Shown in pieces: positions 1 through 10,720 of a stretch of 64,000 nt of DNA. This DNA comes from Candidatus Eiseniibacteriota bacterium. GTDB lineage: Bacteria; Eisenbacteria; RBG-16-71-46; CAIMUX01; VGJL01. The position numbers and the translations under genes are program-made. The DNA lies in NCBI GenBank assembly GCA_963792585.1, contig CAWBWI010000004.1:266548-330547 (forward strand). Reading direction: 5' to 3'. Numbering within the stretch: the first letter of the stretch is position 1; the number at the start of each line of letters is the position of its first letter. The notes beneath the pieces are model-generated. The model ran no database searches, was not told where the DNA came from, and saw nothing but the letters and a program-made list of their open reading frames with translations.

Positions 1-84
1 ATCCGCGCCCAGCGATTCCGCATTCGTGACCGGCTGGGGTGGTCCGTTGCTCCGTCCCCCGCAATCCCCGCGCTGCGGCCCCCA

Positions 85-436
85 CGCCCGGCATGCCCCG
101 CTCTCCTCAGCGTCCACCGCGAGCACGCAGTTACGTGAACCGTCCGCTCTGGGGTCCGGAGCGGACACCCGCGTCCACCACTCGGCGGTTAGAGAACGGA
201 GAGGCGAGAGTTTCGGCTCATCTGCGGACCTTGCGTCCACCACTTCCCCGGACGGCGTTCGACCAGAGAGTCACGCCGCCCGACCCACCTCTGCAAGACC
301 TTCGCATTCCTGCGGATACAACGCGCCTTTTCGCGGGTCAGGGCCATCGCTTCGTCTACCACTCTCGGTCACGCGAGTTCGTTGCCCGCAGCTCCGGCTC
401 CCCGCTCAGGACTGTTTACTAACGGTTCTCTATTCC
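85..436. repeat. Intergenic repeat family, copy A (complete)
   Basis: Aligns by eye with 27075-27392, 13980-14342 and 24520-24778 (GCGTCCACCAC...GAGAGTTTCG...CTGCGGATA...GGCTCCCC). Core motif at 110, 171, 233, ~293 and 352. Confidence 0.85.
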
Positions 437-572
437 AAACTCGGCACGCCCCCGTGACAACTCCGACGGAACACGGTGATGCTGCTCGGCATGAAGCCAA
501 GGAGCGATCCTCTCTCATGGCAGAAAGAAGATCGCCCCCTGACTCAGAGGCTCGACTCAGGTTCGTCCCAGG

Positions 573-3500
573 TCATTTGGTCAGAACCAGTCGTCCCGTC
601 GTGGTCCCCCGTGCGGTCACAACCCGGGCAAAGTAGACCCCTGTCGGTACCTCTCGCCCGTTGTCATCTCGCCCGTTCCATTGGGTCGAGAAGGAACCGG
701 CCGGCCGCTCACCGTCCGCTAGCTGCCGCACGAGTGCTCCGGCCGCATTGAATATCTCCAGGGAGATAGCCGTCGCTGCAGGCAGGCGGTACAGGATCGA
801 GACTGCTCCGGAGCTTGGACTCGGAGCCACAGAGAGAGTCAGCGACTCCACGTTCTGAGAGGTCCCATCAACAGTGGAATTCGGGCATAGGTTGGATTGG
901 CAATCGGTTCCGTCTCCCAGGTAGATGCCTGGAGGTTCGCACCATTCCTGGGTTGTGAAGGTGCATGCACCGTCCTCGTGGCAGCAAGCACCGCCGGCCA
1001 AACGAATCAAGCCCAGGATGCCGCCACCTCCCGCGATGGCGAAGAAGTCGGAATTGGGTTCCGGTATGTTACAATGGCCGCTGTCGTTGTACCCCCAAGC
1101 TACGATGGATCCATCGGCCCTGAGCCCCAGACTGTGCATCGCGCCTGCCGCGACATCGACGAAGTCGGTGTATCCCGGAACATTGCACTGGCCTTGGTGG
1201 TTGCCCCCCCAGGCGACGATCTTCCCGTCGCTCTTGAGCCCCAGGTTGTGTTCGCCGCCTGCCGCAACGGCGACGAAACCGGTGTTGGGTGCTGGAACAT
1301 CACACTGGCCGCTGGTGTTGAGCCCCCACGCCACGACGGAGCCGTTACCCTTGAGGCCCAGGCTGTGCCAGTAGCCTGCCGCAACGGCGACGAAACCGGT
1401 GTTGGGTGCAGGAACATTGCACTGGCCGCGGTCGTTTCGCTCCCACGCGACGATCGACCCGTCAGTCTTGATGCCAAGGCTATGCCAGCGCCCAGCTGTG
1501 ACGGCAATGAAACCCGTGTTTGGTTCCGGTACATTGCACTGGCCGTAGTAGTTCCACCCCCAGGCCACGATGGCCCCGTCGGCCTTGAGCCCCAGGCTGT
1601 TGTCGTCGCCTGCCGCGATGGCTACGAAGTCGGTGTTGGGGTCCGGTACGCTGCATTGGCCGAACTGGTCGTCTCCCCAGGCCGCGATGGAGCCGTCGGC
1701 CTTGAGTCCAAGGTTGTGCACGTATCCACCCGCGACGGCGACGAAGCCCGTGTTGGGTGCAGGTGCATTGCACTGGCCGTAGCCGTTGTCCCCCCACATC
1801 ACGATGGAGCCGTAGGCCTTGAGTCCTAGGCTGTGGTTGGGTCCGGCCGCGACAGCGACGAAGCCAGTGTTGGGTGCCGGTAAGGTGCACTGGCCGGAGC
1901 CGTTGTCCCCCCACGCCACGATGGAGCCATCGGCCTTGAGACCCAGGCTGTGCGCCTGCGCTGGCTCAATGCGTCCTCCTGCAGCTACGGCGACGAAGCC
2001 GGTGTTGGGTACCGGTACGTCACACTGGCCGTCCTCGTTGCTCCCCCATGCCACGATGGAGCCGTCGGCTTTGAGCCCTAGGCTGTGCAAGTAGCCTGCC
2101 GCAACGGCGACGAAACCGGTGTTGGGTGCAGGAACATTGCACTGACCGCCCTCGTTCCACCCCCATGCCACGATGGAGCCGTCGGCCTTGAGGCCAAGGT
2201 TGTGATAGACGCCCGCCGCGATCGCCACGAAATCGGCATTGGGCAAGGGAACCTGATCGGTGGGCCCCCACGCCAGGATCGTCCCGTCGGCCTTGAGGCC
2301 TAGGCTGTGATTGCCGCCCGCCGCAACGGCGACGAAGTCGGCATTGGGTACAGGAACATTGCATTCATCATTGTAGTTGACTCCCCATGCCACAATCGAG
2401 CTGTCGGCCTTAAGGCCAAGGCTGTGGCCGGCGCCTGCCGCGACAGCGACGAAGTCTGCGTTGGGTGCCGGAACATTACACTGGCCGACAAGGTTGCGCC
2501 CCCACGCCAGGATCGAGCCGTCCGCCTTGAGGCCAAGGCTGTGCACCGCACCCGCGGCGATGGCGACGAGATCCTCAAGCGCGGTGGGTTCTACAACAAC
2601 CATGTTGCCCCATCCCACGATGGTGCCACCGGGCGGCTGAGGACATGGATTCGGAAGGCAGGCCGTTCCCACACCCATCCAGACGTTCTGAGGAGCGCAC
2701 AGGTACTCGGCCACGATCATGCACTGTCCGGTTGCTGGACTACAGCATGCACCCGGTGAGCAGGTTTCCGGTCCGCAAGTGCTGGGGTACCCTTGTGGAT
2801 TCCCACCTTCGGAGCGGCAAGTGCTCTCGGTGACGAACTCACAGTGCCCGTCCGGGAAGCAGCATGCCATCGAGGGTTGGGAACACGGGTTGGGGTCGCA
2901 GCTCGCGCCCATGCCCGACGATCCCCCTCCTTCATCACAGGCAGCCAGAGACAATTGCTCGCAGTGCCCATCGGGGAAGCAGCAGGCCATCGGAACGGAT
3001 GGACAGGGATTCGGGTCGCATGAGCTCCCGGGCCCCTGAAAGGACCCACCGAGCTGGTTACAGTCAGCGTGCATCAAGACCTCGCAGTGCAAGTCCGCGA
3101 AGCAGCACGCACCGGGAACCGGAGGGGTTCTGTAGAATCTTTGACTCACGTCCAGGGCTACTCCGAACACCTCCCCACTAGTAGTCCAGTCCGGGTACGA
3201 GAAGTATGCGGAACGAAACGTAGCCTGGTGGCCAGTTACCTGTCCCGCTGCTACGCGCCCCCATTGCGGTGGGAATACATGGTCGCACGCTTGAACTGAG
3301 AACCAGTATGTTCCCTCTCCGATGTTGGCCGCCACGGCCGCATGGTACTCGTAGACTGGTCCATAGAGGCCCTGACCTACATCAATCACCTCCGTCGGGG
3401 TGGATTCGAGATACTCATCCACGATGGAACCCGGAACGCCTCCAGCGTCAGCGTAGAACCGCAAGTTGAATGCAGTGACGTTGGGTTCGCCAGCTCCGTT

Positions 3501-3809
3501 GTAGTACTCCCCCCACCAGACAGCTTCATAGATGACCGTCGACGACGAGGAGTAGAAGTCGTTTGCGATTTCGGTCTCGAGCCCATACATGGCAATGATC
3601 TCTGATGTCAGCGGTTCTCCGTTGAGATCCGGAGGCTCGTCCCACCATCCGTCCCTGTCCCCGAGCAACACCGCCGGGGGGCCGCTCGCGCGATGAGGGG
3701 TCCCAAGCGTCGGCGAGCCAGCAATTCCAATTCCTTGGCAGAGCAGCAGGAACATCAAACAGAGACTCAAACAAAGGTATCCGATCCGCAACGACCCTTG
3801 GTCTTTCAT
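573..3809 (-). CDS. Secreted modular protein: conserved N-terminal domain, 5 Cys-rich modules, 14 RCC1-like repeats, FlgD-Ig/T9SS-like CTD (1078 aa)
   Basis: Intact ORF with signal peptide; repeats IVAWGxNxxGQCxVPAPNTGFVAVAAGxxHSLGLK; C-terminal IFNAAG..WNGRDDNG..TGVYF. Confidence 0.93.
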   Translation of the reverse strand: MKDQGSLRIGYLCLSLCLMFLLLCQGIGIAGSPTLGTPHRASGPPAVLLGDRDGWWDEPPDLNGEPLTSEIIAMYGLETEIANDFYSSSSTVIYEAVWWGEYYNGAGEPNVTAFNLRFYADAGGVPGSIVDEYLESTPTEVIDVGQGLYGPVYEYHAAVAANIGEGTYWFSVQACDHVFPPQWGRVAAGQVTGHQATFRSAYFSYPDWTTSGEVFGVALDVSQRFYRTPPVPGACCFADLHCEVLMHADCNQLGGSFQGPGSSCDPNPCPSVPMACCFPDGHCEQLSLAACDEGGGSSGMGASCDPNPCSQPSMACCFPDGHCEFVTESTCRSEGGNPQGYPSTCGPETCSPGACCSPATGQCMIVAEYLCAPQNVWMGVGTACLPNPCPQPPGGTIVGWGNMVVVEPTALEDLVAIAAGAVHSLGLKADGSILAWGRNLVGQCNVPAPNADFVAVAAGAGHSLGLKADSSIVAWGVNYNDECNVPVPNADFVAVAAGGNHSLGLKADGTILAWGPTDQVPLPNADFVAIAAGVYHNLGLKADGSIVAWGWNEGGQCNVPAPNTGFVAVAAGYLHSLGLKADGSIVAWGSNEDGQCDVPVPNTGFVAVAAGGRIEPAQAHSLGLKADGSIVAWGDNGSGQCTLPAPNTGFVAVAAGPNHSLGLKAYGSIVMWGDNGYGQCNAPAPNTGFVAVAGGYVHNLGLKADGSIAAWGDDQFGQCSVPDPNTDFVAIAAGDDNSLGLKADGAIVAWGWNYYGQCNVPEPNTGFIAVTAGRWHSLGIKTDGSIVAWERNDRGQCNVPAPNTGFVAVAAGYWHSLGLKGNGSVVAWGLNTSGQCDVPAPNTGFVAVAAGGEHNLGLKSDGKIVAWGGNHQGQCNVPGYTDFVDVAAGAMHSLGLRADGSIVAWGYNDSGHCNIPEPNSDFFAIAGGGGILGLIRLAGGACCHEDGACTFTTQEWCEPPGIYLGDGTDCQSNLCPNSTVDGTSQNVESLTLSVAPSPSSGAVSILYRLPAATAISLEIFNAAGALVRQLADGERPAGSFSTQWNGRDDNGREVPTGVYFARVVTARGTTTGRLVLTK

Positions 3810-3903
3810 CTGGCGGCCCCTTTCCCTTTGTACCAGCTCGGTTCCCGCTCAGTTGCAGAGCGTCAAACGCTCATCCAATGCTTTGACCTGGCCTCGTTCC
3901 TGT

Positions 3904-6900
3904 TCAACGCAGCACGATCAGACGGCTCGATTGCACCTCTCCCCCCATGCGAAGCCGGCAAACATAAACGCCTGAGGGGAGGATTCGTCCGGCGTCGTCG
4001 TTGCGCTTCCAGATCATCTGATGAACTCCGGCCGAATACGGCATTCGCGAAGCGAGTCGCCGGACGCAGCGGCCACTAACGTCATAGATGGCCAGATCGA
4101 TCACTGCTTCCTTCGCGAGGCCAAACGCGATCGCCGTCTCGTTGGCGAAGGGGTTGGGTCTCCCGGGCATCAGTCCCATCGTCACCTGGGCCATGGGATC
4201 CTCAGTCCCCGTGGCGGGACAACCGAGACCGAGCGCTCCGATCAAGAGATCGCATGGGCTATTCCAGGGCAAACACGGGGAACCGGACAAGAGGGTGTAA
4301 TCCCCTCCGGGAGGGGGCGCGTCACATGGTTCTGGAGCACAGAACCTGGGATCCGAGAACACCTGCGGGCCGAGGTAGGTGATGCTGCCGCTCGCTCCCA
4401 ATCGATCAAGCGCGCAGCAGGTCATCGTTAGGTTCGAACCAATCACTTCGTGGCCCAGTGGGTTGCTTGGGTTCGTGTTCCCCCAAAGGATGGTCCGGCT
4501 CACCTGCGTGTCGGTTCCGTCCAGCCCCCCCGTCCCATTCTCGTTGTCCGAGCAGTTGCTGCTGATGGTGCAGCTGATAATGCTCGAACTCGCGACCTCA
4601 ATCCCCCTGCCAATGTTGCCCGTGATGACACAGTCGTTGACTTGGAGATTGCTTCCCCGGATCCCACCCGGGCTGCCGCGGTTACCGCTGACCGCGCAAC
4701 CTGCGATCGTCAGGCTGTCCCCCACGACTCCACCGACGTCACCGTGATTGTCGGCGATCACGCAATCCCGAATCGTCGTATTGGAGCCGGCGTGCACTCC
4801 TCCCGCACCCATACCCCCGCTGTTGCCTCGAATGTCGCAACCCGCGATGACTCCCGCCGCGCAGTAGATCCCACCACCGTAAAGCGCATGGTTGGAGTCG
4901 ATGGTGCATCCGGAGATATCTCCGTTATAGCAGGCGATGCCACCCCCGATTGCACTTGCATTTGAGTACACGTAGTTGCCGGTGACAATGCAGTTCCGCA
5001 TCGTCAGAATCGACGATTCGTCGCTATAGATCCCCGCCCCGCCAAATCCTGCTGGATATCTGCTGCTTCCCACGGTGCAGTCCGAGATCGTGCAGTCGGT
5101 CAGGAGAGGAGAAGCCGAAGCGCTGCAGTGGACGCCTGCACCCCGACCCCAGTGGTCGATTTGGAAGTTGATGATCTTGCAGCCCTTGATCCACGGCGAG
5201 GATGACAAGATGTGGATTCCGCCACCCCCGAACTCCGAGTATCCGCCGGATAGCGTTACCGCTTCGAGCACGGCCCGATTGTCTTCCCCGGAATCGAAGG
5301 TGAATCCGCCTGCTCCGCCGCATCCGATGACGCACTGGTCGGGGTCCCTGCTCTGCGAGCGAATCGTCACCAGCCGCCCGTGATAGTCAATCTGGCGATT
5401 GCCCGGCCCCGTGAAGGGCGTGCCGATCAGTTCGATCACGTCCCCGTTCGCGAGGTCCGTGTAGTCGATCGCCGCCTGAATCGTCGGGAAATACGGGGGC
5501 GATTCTCCACTCCCGTCGGAGCGGACATAGTAGACCGAGCCGCCGGGTGGCTGGGCGCACGGGTTCGGAGCGCAGGGCGTACCCACCCCCATCCAGACCT
5601 TGGGCAGTATGCACTGCTCCTCAGTCAGCATCGTGCAGCGTCCCGTTGTCGGGTTGCAGCACGCGCCATGGGGGCCAGTCAGCCCCAGGCCGTGCCAAGC
5701 CTCTGCCGCAATGGCCACGAAGCCGTTGTTGGGTTCCGGAACATTGCACTGGCCGTTGGCGTTGTCCCCCCACGCTACGATGGAGCCATCCGCCTTGAGG
5801 CCCAAACTGTGGTTACTCCCTGCCGCGACAGCGACGAAGCCGGTGTTTGGCGCCGGTACGTCGCGCTGGCCATCGGAGTTGCTCCCCCATGCAACGATGG
5901 TGCCGTTGGCCAGAAGTCCCAGACCGTGACTGGTCCCTGCCGCGACAGCGACGAAGCCGATGTTGGGTGCAGGAACATCGCACTGGCCTCCGGAGTTGCT
6001 CCCCCATGCCACGATGGAGCCATTCGCCTTGAGGCCCAGGCTGTGGTGGTGCCCTGCAGCAACTGCGACGAAATCGGCGTTCGGCGCGGGGACGTCGCAC
6101 TGGCCGGAGGAGCTGCTCCCCCATGCCACAATGGAGCCGTCTGTCTTGAGCCCTAGGCTGTGGCTTGCGCCTCCCGCGACAGCGACATAGCCGATGTTGG
6201 GTGCAGGGACATCGCACTGACCGTAGCTGTTATACCCCCATGCAACGATCGAGCCGTCCGTCTTGAGCCCGAGGCTGTGAGTGGTCCCTGCCGCGACGGC
6301 GACAAAACCGGTGTTGGGCGCCGGCACATCGCACTGGCCGTATTGGTTATTGCCCCCCCACGCCACGATTGAGCCGTTAGCTTTCAAACCAAGACTGTGG
6401 TTATCTCCTCCGGCGACCGCGACAAACCCGAGGTTGGGTTCCGGCACGTCGCTGCCGAACTCCCACAACACGATCGACCCGCTGGGCGGCTGAGGGCATG
6501 GATTCGGAAAGCAGACTGTTCCCTCACCCATCCAGACGCCGGGGGCCGTGCACTGCTCCTCGGCCATCACCATGCAGTTTCCCGTTACTGGACTGCAGCA
6601 TGCGCCAAACTGTGGGCAGAGTGATTCGTCACAGGTGGTCGGATACCCGAGTGGAATCCCGCCTTCGAATATGCAGGTCTGTTCCGTGGTGAACTCACAG
6701 TGTCCGTCCAAAAGCAGCATGCCATCGAGGGTTGCGGACAGGTGTTCGGGTCGCAGTTGATACTGACGCCCGACGATCCCCCTCCTTCATCACAGGCAGC
6801 CTGAGACAATGGTTCGCAGTGCCCATCGGGGAAGCAGCATGCCATTGGAACGAACGGGCAAGGGTTCGGGTCACAGGTGGTCTCGGGCCCCTGCCACACC

Positions 6901-7667
6901 CCGCCGAGTTGATCGCAGTTCAGCTCCACCAGAGATTCGCAATGCAGATCGAAATAGCAACACGCTCCGACAACCGGCGGAGTTGTATAGAACCTCTGAC
7001 TCGCGTCGAGGGGGATACCCCAGATTTGCTCAGTAGGAGTCCAGTCTGGGTACCCAGCCCATTCAGAACGCAACATGGATTGGTAGCCGGTCACCTGGCC
7101 CGCTGAGAGGCGACCCCATTGCGGTGGGTACACATGGTCGCATGCTTGAACTGAGAACCAGTATGACCCTACTCCGATATCGACCGTCACGGATGCATGG
7201 TACTCGTAGATTGGTCCGTCGGGGCCCTGACCTTGAGGAATCGTCTCTGTAGGGGTAGTTCCGGGATACTCGGCAATGAGGGAACCCGGAACGCCACCCG
7301 CGTCATCGTAGAACCGCAGGTTGAATGCAGAGACGTTTGGCCCGGTTCCATCGTCGTTGAAGTACTCTCCCCACCACACGGCCTCATAGATGATCGTCGG
7401 CGCTGAGGAGTAGAAATCGTTTGCAGTTTCAGTCTCGAACCCAAGGATAGAAATGATCTCTGAACTCATCACACTTCCGTACAAATCCGGTGGCTCGTCC
7501 CACCATCCCTCCCTATCCCCGGGCAACGCCACCGGCGGCCCGCTTGCGCGATGCGTGGGGCCAAGCGTCGGCGTACCCGCAAGCCCAATTGCCGGACAGA
7601 GCATCACGAAGATCAAGCAAAGACCCACGCAAAGGCATCCGATCCGCAACGACCCTTGGTATTTCAT
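3904..7667 (-). CDS. Paralogous secreted modular protein: N-domain, 5 Cys-rich modules, 7 RCC1 repeats, right-handed beta-helix, FlgD-Ig CTD; one frameshift near 6710
   Basis: ORFs 6585-7727 (MKYQG start at 7667) and 3904-6720 join at ACCF/DGHC within a T run. N-terminus is highly similar to 573-3809. Confidence 0.88.
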
Positions 7668-8113
7668 CTGGCGGCCCCTTTCCCTTTGTCCCAGTCGGCT
7701 CCGAGCAGCAGGACGCCAAGCGTTCACGTGGATTGGTGACCTCGGATGAACGGACGATCACCCGCTCCACCGCTCGTACTCATCGGAAATCAATGGGATC
7801 AAGCTCGCGGCTCTCACAGTAAGTGCCCTTCCGGTCGCATCCGCGTAGTTGAAGGCGGGATAAGTGTACTCCCGTCGAGGGCGAAGGGCGCGGATGTAGT
7901 GGAGGAAGCCGTTTCTCTTCCTGGCCGCCGCCCGACAAGGCTACCCCAGGGATCTGCCGCCCCAGGCGATGATTACGGGGCTTTGGGCCGGTTGGTCGGT
8001 GCGTCGGGGTGGAATACTTCCGATCGTGGCCATGCCCGATCCGAAACCCTCTCCTCACGACTCCGTCGATCAGTCATCGTGGCGACGACTCGCAATCTCG
8101 GGGATGACGCTCC
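7668..8113. repeat. Duplicated ~450-bp 5' leader/intergenic region (copy 1)
   Basis: Colinear with 17672-18117; the first ~80 bp also resemble 3810-3890. Confidence 0.85.
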
Positions 8114-9100
8114 CTATCGGGCCAGGACAACCCTTCCCGTTGTTGATCCTTCCCCCGTCACGATCCGCGCGAAGTACACCCCCGTGGGCAGGTCGCGACC
8201 GTTGTCATCGTGGCCGTCCCAGGGCGTGAAGAACGCACCCGCGGGGCGCTGGCCCTCGTCGACTCTGCGCACCAGGCCACCCGCCGCATCGAACACCTCG
8301 ATAGTGACTGCCGTGGGTCTAGGCAGGGTGTACCGGATCATGACCTGGCCGGTGCTCGGATTCGGGGTTGCGGTCAGCCGTAGCTCGCTGACCTGTGTCG
8401 CATCCTCCACCCCGGACACGCACGGGTTTGGCTCGCAGAAACTACCGGGCCCCATAAAGACCCCGTCATACCCAACGCACTGAGCCTCTGACATCCGTTC
8501 GCAGTAGGTGTGGTGGCAGCAGGCTCCTACCAGGCATGGATTCGGGTCGCAGTCGGTGCCCCAACCCTGCCAGACGCCAGGGGCCGGGCAGTTGGCTTCC
8601 GTCGCCATCATGCAGGTGCCGTCAGGCTGGCAACACGCCGCGCCTAGGTCCTCCCGGTCGAGGTCTTCCCATCTAAAGAGGCCAGTTCCCGACGTCCAAA
8701 TCCATACCTGCCCATCGTCGTAGGCGAACGGGATCATGTTTCCGTCTTGGCAGTCCATGTCCACGACGCTCGCCCCTTCCCGATGTGCGTCGACAAAGAA
8801 CTCAAACCCCGAATACATCCCCGCAAGGTACACTTGATCGTCCGCATAGAGGATCAGAAGCCCTGAGTACCTTGCCTGCATCCGCTTGATGGGGACATTC
8901 CTGTTCACGTCGGTCAACTGTGTGGGGGGACCACCACCCCTCCAGACCTGGTTGTCCTCGTAAGCAGCGAATACGACCTGATTGATCCCCGCCACGTCGA
9001 CGATCTTCAGTAACTCGGCTTGTGACATTGCGGGAAGCAAGAGGAGCAAGGAAACGACAGACACCAGCATCGCGGTTCTCACAGTAGGCCTCCCCTTCAT
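8114..9100 (-). CDS. Secreted protein with short YxDxQV repeats, 2 Cys-rich modules and FlgD-Ig CTD (328 aa)
   Basis: Signal peptide; YEDNQVW/YADDQVY/YDDGQVW; GACC..PNPC twice; PNPS..WDG..GVYF. Confidence 0.9.
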   Translation of the reverse strand: MKGRPTVRTAMLVSVVSLLLLLPAMSQAELLKIVDVAGINQVVFAAYEDNQVWRGGGPPTQLTDVNRNVPIKRMQARYSGLLILYADDQVYLAGMYSGFEFFVDAHREGASVVDMDCQDGNMIPFAYDDGQVWIWTSGTGLFRWEDLDREDLGAACCQPDGTCMMATEANCPAPGVWQGWGTDCDPNPCLVGACCHHTYCERMSEAQCVGYDGVFMGPGSFCEPNPCVSGVEDATQVSELRLTATPNPSTGQVMIRYTLPRPTAVTIEVFDAAGGLVRRVDEGQRPAGAFFTPWDGHDDNGRDLPTGVYFARIVTGEGSTTGRVVLAR

Positions 9101-9657
9101 CGAATCCGCGTGATCGAAGGCGCGTCGAGTGTACCACGGGCGCGGGCCGGGCGGATAGCATCTGATTCAGCGGGGCTACCTGCACCTGTCTGCACGAGGC
9201 AAGGATGGCACGGGGGGGATGACAGCCGTTGACGTAGGGGTGGACGCCTATTCTTCTCGAAACCCTATCCGAGGAGGACGAACAAGGGACCGATTGTGGC
9301 TATCACGGCACCTCGGGGCGCATCGGGAGCGCCACGAGTGTCCCGGCAAGGGCGCTAAGAGCGGCCTTCCTGGGGCTGTCAGATCGGGTCACGGCGGGGA
9401 CTGGCTCTCTCTCTGTTTCGTCAACGTGGATGATCTGAACGTGCCCATCGGGGAGCATGTGGACCCGCGCTACTACGCACCATCTGCTGTCGTTCATGCC
9501 GCCCTCCGCTTGTTCCTCTGTGCGCTGTTCCTCGAACTTGGCGATCCGCGTCTCGAGATCGGCCAACTCGCGGACCCTCAGGAGCGCATCAACCCATCGC
9601 CTCGCCGCCGGTGCCTTGCCCTGCTTGTGGACGTCGCAGCCCCTTGGTCCCGATAGT

Positions 9658-9819
9658 TCACTTCTTCTTCGTGGAGACCGCGAAGCTCGTGATCTTCTGC
9701 CGTACCTTGGAGGACTTGCACTCCGGACACTTGATCTTGGCTGTGTCGTGCTTGACCATCCCCATCGTTATCGTGAAGTTCTTCCCGCAAGCCTCGCACT
9801 TGTAGGCATACTCGGACAT
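9658..9819 (-). CDS. FmdB-family zinc-ribbon protein (53 aa)
   Basis: MSEYAYKCEACG...CPECKS; AAGGAGG ribosome-binding site just upstream. Confidence 0.85.
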   Translation of the reverse strand: MSEYAYKCEACGKNFTITMGMVKHDTAKIKCPECKSSKVRQKITSFAVSTKKK

Positions 9820-9931
9820 GACAAGACCTCCTTGGCAGACGAGAATCGGCGCGGTGGTCAATGTGGCGACTCGATCATAGCACGGGAGGGGTGTGGCAGG
9901 AGCATCGTCGGGCCGGGATCCGCGCGTCGAT

Positions 9932-10054
9932 CTACTCCAGAATCTCCAGGACCACCCGCCTGTCCTCCTTCGCCGCGACGCCGCTCAGAATCGTCCGCAG
10001 CGCCTTCAGGGTGTGCCCGTGCTTCCCAATGACCTTGCCAAGATCGCCCTGGCC
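9932..10054 (-). pseudogene. khpA: 3' fragment of KH-domain RNA-binding protein KhpA (UPF0109)
   Basis: Manual translation [40 protein letters not shown]. In-frame TGA directly upstream; no 5' half. Confidence 0.8.
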
Positions 10055-10544
10055 TCAGCCGTCATCCCTGTCGCAACCGCAACCAGACCGAGGAATGCGA
10101 CAGTGATCTGCCCCAGACACCCGCTGACGCGTGTGCGCTCGAAGCGGGGACCGTCGTCTGGATCTGATTGAGCATCTTCGTGGCCCCGCGCCGTTGACTT
10201 CACGCGAGCCAAGTACTCTGATCCGCCTCCGAGCGGCACATCCTCAAGTTTCCCTGAGGAACGGGCTGCCAGAATGTAGCTGTACTCCGGGTCAGCGAAG
10301 AATCTGGGACGAATAGTCCCTGTCGCTTCTATGAGCTCCATCCCGCTTGATGCGATTGTGGTTACGCCGGTTCGCTGAAGAGGCTGCTCGATCGGGATAG
10401 AGGCTCATCGAGCGTCGGTAGACAGCTCCCCTGGCCGTGTCCTGCGTTTCGCCCTTCCTGACCGGGCGCGGCGGCCCGGCGCTGCTTCAGATGTCGGTGG
10501 GTGCGGCTTCCCGGCAGGTGGGAACGAAAATGGCGTCATGGGCT

Positions 10545-10700
10545 GCCTCCGCAACACCCACAACGCCTTCCGCTTTGTGGCCGGGCCGCTGTCTGGTGAT
10601 ATGTACCGATGCGGTGCGTTCACCGCGATGAATCAGTTTCTACGCGGGGAGCGGGAGCGTGTCAAGGGCGACCCGAGAAGCATCTGCTTCCCAGGCCGCC
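10545..10700. repeat. Degenerate partial copy of the intergenic repeat
   Basis: GCGTTCACCGCGATGAATCAGTTTC at 10616 matches unit 1 (GCGTTCACCACGAGATCGCAGTTTC at ~22450). Confidence 0.5.
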
Positions 10701-10720
10701 CCGATTCGCATGCCATCAGT

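Noticed and set aside
85..436. Functional CRISPR array
   Set aside because: Repeats are too degenerate, the would-be spacers are shared between loci, and no cas genes are present. Kept only as a hypothesis for origin.
6700..6720. Phase variation or programmed frameshift in the RCC1 paralogs (also ~16805, ~22945, ~38050)
   Set aside because: The runs are only 2-4 nt with no slippery heptamer, and similar indels occur throughout the window.
9303..9600. Small ORF with ELADLETRIAKFE coiled-coil, resembling mobile-element gene tails
   Set aside because: No convincing start or family assignment; treated as debris.
10006..10341. 111-aa ORF MELIEATG...
   Set aside because: No recognisable motif and it overlaps the khpA fragment out of frame; cannot be supported as a gene.
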